Source of the DNA: Candidatus Kaiserbacteria bacterium RIFCSPHIGHO2_01_FULL_58_22
GTDB lineage: Bacteria; Patescibacteriota; Minisyncoccia; Phycocordibacterales; UBA2100
DNA length: 37,177 nt
Direction of reading: 5' to 3'
Assembly: GCA_001781445.1 (NCBI GenBank)
Contig: MFLB01000039.1
Span: forward strand, 1 to 37,177
The translations under genes and the position numbers were made by a program. Position 1 is the stretch's first letter. Every line of letters begins with the position of its first letter. A model generated the notes under the pieces. It made no database searches. It saw only the letters and a list, made by a program, of their open reading frames with translations, and had not been told where the DNA came from. Shown here piece after piece: positions 34,986 through 37,177 of the stretch.

Positions 34986-36090
34986 CTACTGATATTCACA
35001 CATCTCCCTCCACATAGTTCGCAGGTTTGATACCATGGGGACATGAGTACCCCCCACCCCAACCGGGCTCTGTCTGTCCAGGAGCTCGAAGACCGCCGGA
35101 AGGCGGCAGGCCGATTATTCGACAAAGGAAAGACGGCGTACTTCGTCGCGAAGCGCTTCGCCGTCTCAACCGCGACCGCGCGCGAATGGAAAGAACGCTG
35201 GGCGAGGGGGACGCTCGCGGCACAACCGCAGGGTCCTCACTCGAAACTCACGAAGGCGCAAGAAAAGGAGATCGTTTCCGCGATCCTCGCGGGACCGGAG
35301 AAGGCCGGATACCGAACCCAGCTCTGGACGCTCTCGCGCATCACCGAGCTCATCAGAAAGACGCAGGCCGTGTCGTACAAGCCGCGCTCCGCGTGGCATC
35401 TCCTCCGACGTCTTGGGTTTTCCTGTCAGCGTCCCGAGCGAAGAGTGAGGTAGCGCGACGAGGAGGCGATCACACGCTGGACAAAGACGGAGTGGCCGAA
35501 ACTCCGAAAAAGGGGGCGCTCCTTCGCGTGACCTTCTGTTTCCTTGACGAATCGGGGTACTCGGAACGTCCGACAGTCCGAAGCACGTGGGGGAGGAAAG
35601 GAGAGACACCCATCATTCGGTCGACCGGATCGTGGAAGAGCATCTCGGCGACCGGCATCATCGCGACCGATGTTGCCCTGAGGCGCGTGCGCGAACTATG
35701 CACGTTCAAAAAAGGTTCGGTGCGCAAAGAAGACACCGTGAATACGCTCAAGCATCTTCTGCGACACGTGAAGGGTCGGATCGCGCTCTTTTGGGACGGT
35801 CTCGCGCAGCACGGAGCGAGAAGTGTCCGCGAGTACCTCGCCGGACACCGCGACCGCTTCGTCATGGTCGAGCGCTTCCCCGCCTACGCGCCAGAGCTCA
35901 ATCCCCAGGAGTACCTCTGGTCGTCGTCGAAAACGAAAGACATGGCGAACTACTGCCCGGAGAAGCCGGACGATCTCGCGCAAAAAGCGCGTATGAGCCT
36001 CAGGCGCATCCAACGCCGTCCCGACATTCTGCGGGGTGCGCTCAAGAAGTCAGGATTATTTGGAGGAGGGAGTTAAGTGAAGCTCAGTAG
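34986..36090 (+). mobile_element. IS630-family insertion sequence, decayed
   Basis: Imperfect 26-bp terminal inverted repeats, CTACTGATATTCACACATCTCCCTCC (34986..35011) versus the reverse complement of 36065..36090, 20/26 matching. Length of about 1.1 kb is typical of IS630. No clean TA duplication is seen. Confidence 0.65.
35043..36076 (+). pseudogene. IS630-family DDE transposase interrupted by an in-frame TAG and a frameshift
   Basis: The N-terminal HTH part (35043..35453) ends at TAG 35451. The same frame continues RDEEAITRWTKTEWPKLRKRG to TGA 35529. The catalytic part (FLDESG, LFWDGLAQH, PELNPQEYLW) is in the -1 frame from about 35507, across an A5G5 run (35507..35516). Confidence 0.8.
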
Positions 36091-36145
36091 ATTCGCCTTG
36101 GGTGGCTTGCCGAGAGTGAGCCCAAGTTTATCGCGGGCGAATCGA

Positions 36146-36164
36146 GTGGACCCGAGGGGTTTCG
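36146..36164. repeat. 19-bp direct copy of the tRNA-Ala 3' end
   Basis: GTGGACCCGAGGGGTTTCG is identical to 36314..36332. Confidence 0.9.
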
Positions 36165-36314
36165 GTCACAGCTCTCGCTTTGCTCGGCCGCGACCCCGCC
36201 TCGCCGACAAGCATTCGCTTCGCTCATCTTGTATACCGGCTCCGGCCTTCGAAACCCCTCGTGCCCTACAAAAATATAGTCGCCCATTGCTCCGCAATGT
36301 TCTCCTGATTTTTG

Positions 36315-36387
36315 TGGACCCGAGGGGTTTCGAACCCCTTGCCTCGTCTATGCCATAGACGCGCTCTACCAATTGAGCTACGGGCCC
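36315..36387 (-). tRNA. tRNA-Ala (anticodon GGC)
   Basis: GGGCCCGTAGCTCAATTGGTAGAGCGCGTCTATGGCATAGACGAGGCAAGGGGTTCGAAACCCCTCGGGTCCA has the G3:U70 identity pair, anticodon loop ATGGCAT and T arm AGGGG-TTCGAAA-CCCCT. CCA is not encoded. Confidence 0.92.
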
Positions 36388-36439
36388 GGAATCTTGCCGA
36401 GACAAAAAGATAGTACATTCTTTGCCTCTCTCTGGCTAT

Positions 36440-36467
36440 ATCTCTACGATGCATCTCTACGATGCAT
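36440..36467. repeat. 13-bp tandem duplication ATCTCTACGATGC x2
   Basis: Exact adjacent copies at 36440..36452 and 36453..36465, followed by AT. Confidence 0.85.
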
Positions 36468-36512
36468 ATCCGAGCATAGTGGTATTATGACGCATGACCA
36501 TTTATATCGGCG

Positions 36513-36536
36513 CAAAAGGGGCGATGTCCCCTTTTG
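36513..36536. other. Hairpin CAAAAGGGG-cgatgt-CCCCTTTTG
   Basis: 9-bp perfect stem located 13 nt upstream of the preferred GNAT ATG. Could act as a bidirectional terminator. Confidence 0.5.
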
Positions 36537-36549
36537 TCGAATAGGCGTC

Positions 36550-37068
36550 ATGGATATCGAAGTCGCACAGGCAGGATGGAGGGATTTCCCGGTGCTCTGG
36601 AGCTTGCAAAAAAAGATCCTCCGCGAGGCGGAGCACCTGGTCGCGACCGGCGAGGAGCGGAAGGAGCCCTTTGCATACGCGCTCGCAAAAGCCTTCCTGC
36701 ACCGCAAGCGCGTCCACACGTTCCTCGCGCTGGAGGGAGGAGAGATGGTCGGCTATATCACGCTCGTCTCGGGAAAATTCAAGAAAATAAGGGATACCGT
36801 CTACATCGTCGTCGGGGTCCGCGCATCGCACCGCGGGCGCGGCATCGGGACGAAGCTCCTCGCACGCGCGGAAGAGTTCGCGCGCGAGCGCGGGATGCAC
36901 CGCATGGAACTCGAAGTCTCGGATAAAAACGAGTATGCGATACGGCTGTATGAGCGGCTTGGCTACGCGGCGGAAGGCCGCCGCCGCGAGGCGACCAAGA
37001 CCTCGGGCGGGTACAACGACATCATCTGGATGGGAAAACTCCTTTCGAATGGCGGAGGACGAGTGTAA
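36550..37068 (+). CDS. GNAT-family N-acetyltransferase
   Basis: MDIEVAQAGWRDFP... with the acetyl-CoA motif VVGVRASHRGRGIGTKLL and ...YERLGY. The track ORF start (36373) overlaps tRNA-Ala. An alternative ATG lies at 36487. Confidence 0.85.
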   Translation: MDIEVAQAGWRDFPVLWSLQKKILREAEHLVATGEERKEPFAYALAKAFLHRKRVHTFLALEGGEMVGYITLVSGKFKKIRDTVYIVVGVRASHRGRGIGTKLLARAEEFARERGMHRMELEVSDKNEYAIRLYERLGYAAEGRRREATKTSGGYNDIIWMGKLLSNGGGRV

Positions 37069-37080
37069 ACTACCAACTCA

Positions 37081-37152
37081 CCCCGCGTCGTTCAACGGAT
37101 AGGACGCGAGCTTCCGGAGCTCGTAATGTGGGTTCGATTCCTGCCGCGGGGA
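37081..37152 (+). tRNA. tRNA-Arg (anticodon CCG)
   Basis: CCCCGCG-TC-GTTC-AACGGATA-GGAC-G-CGAGC-TTCCGGA-GCTCG-TAAT-GTGGG-TTCGATT-CCTGC-CGCGGGG-A. The cloverleaf has two G:U pairs in the T stem and an unusual C1:G72. Confidence 0.75.
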
Positions 37153-37177
37153 CCGATTATTCCGTTTCAAAAAGCTC

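Noticed and set aside
35451-35453. TAG in the IS630 transposase as a recoded sense codon or readthrough site
   Set aside because: TAG terminates leuS, ychF, atpA, atpF, atpB and rsmH in this window, so standard stop usage applies. Combined with the frameshift, a pseudogene is more parsimonious.
35505-35520. Programmed -1 ribosomal frameshift at CGAAAAAGGGGG
   Set aside because: The 0-frame codons are CGA AAA AGG, not an X XXY YYZ slippery heptamer. As far as I recall, IS630 transposases are normally single ORFs. The upstream nonsense codon already breaks the gene.
36373-36549. Longer GNAT ORF start
   Set aside because: The first 15 nt overlap the tRNA-Ala gene, and the extension spans the tandem duplication and a 9-bp hairpin. 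MDIEVAQ... fits GNAT N-termini, though ATG 36487, preceded by CATAGT-N6, remains a possible alternative.

Overview
High-GC bacterial chromosomal window, standard code (TAG, TGA and TAA all end well-supported genes), with about 90% of genes on the minus strand. The DUF5671/DUF5674-like proteins and shortened ATP synthase subunits suggest a Candidate-Phyla-Radiation/Parcubacteria-like genome, but this is inference only. Gene content, left to right: argC (partial), a methyltransferase-like ORF, an ABM monooxygenase, a 1155-aa leuS, ychF, a block of small enzymes, membrane and secreted proteins including an RlpA-like one, and an F1Fo ATP synthase operon (atpBEFHAG ... atpDC) split by three unrelated genes. 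Then come an alpha/beta hydrolase, hicBA, ahcY plus a PfkB kinase, an AbrB-like gene, tRNA-Glu, an ArsR regulator, the dcw cluster (mraZ-rsmH-ftsL-ftsI-murF), guaA, an IS200/RAYT-type Y1 transposase, a decayed IS630, tRNA-Ala, a GNAT and tRNA-Arg. CDS coordinates include the stop codon. Main leads: (1) leuS carries two in-frame hydrolase modules, a YdeN-like alpha/beta serine hydrolase and a Nudix domain, on either side of the CP1 editing domain. (2) About 80-bp palindromic units built from 7-nt periods fill the intercistronic spacers of the atp and dcw operons, running from the upstream stop codon to the downstream start codon. (3) Both minus-strand tRNA genes have an 18-19 bp copy of their own 3' end 162-168 bp downstream, bracketing GC-rich inserts that share short motifs with two other palindromic GC-rich elements. 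(4) A PaaX-like regulator gene inside the atp operon is bracketed by twin 34-bp palindromes that show a compensatory substitution. (5) Several genes have a -10-like hexamer 6-7 nt before the ATG, suggesting leaderless transcripts. Everything was read by eye without database searches, so family names are recalled from motifs.
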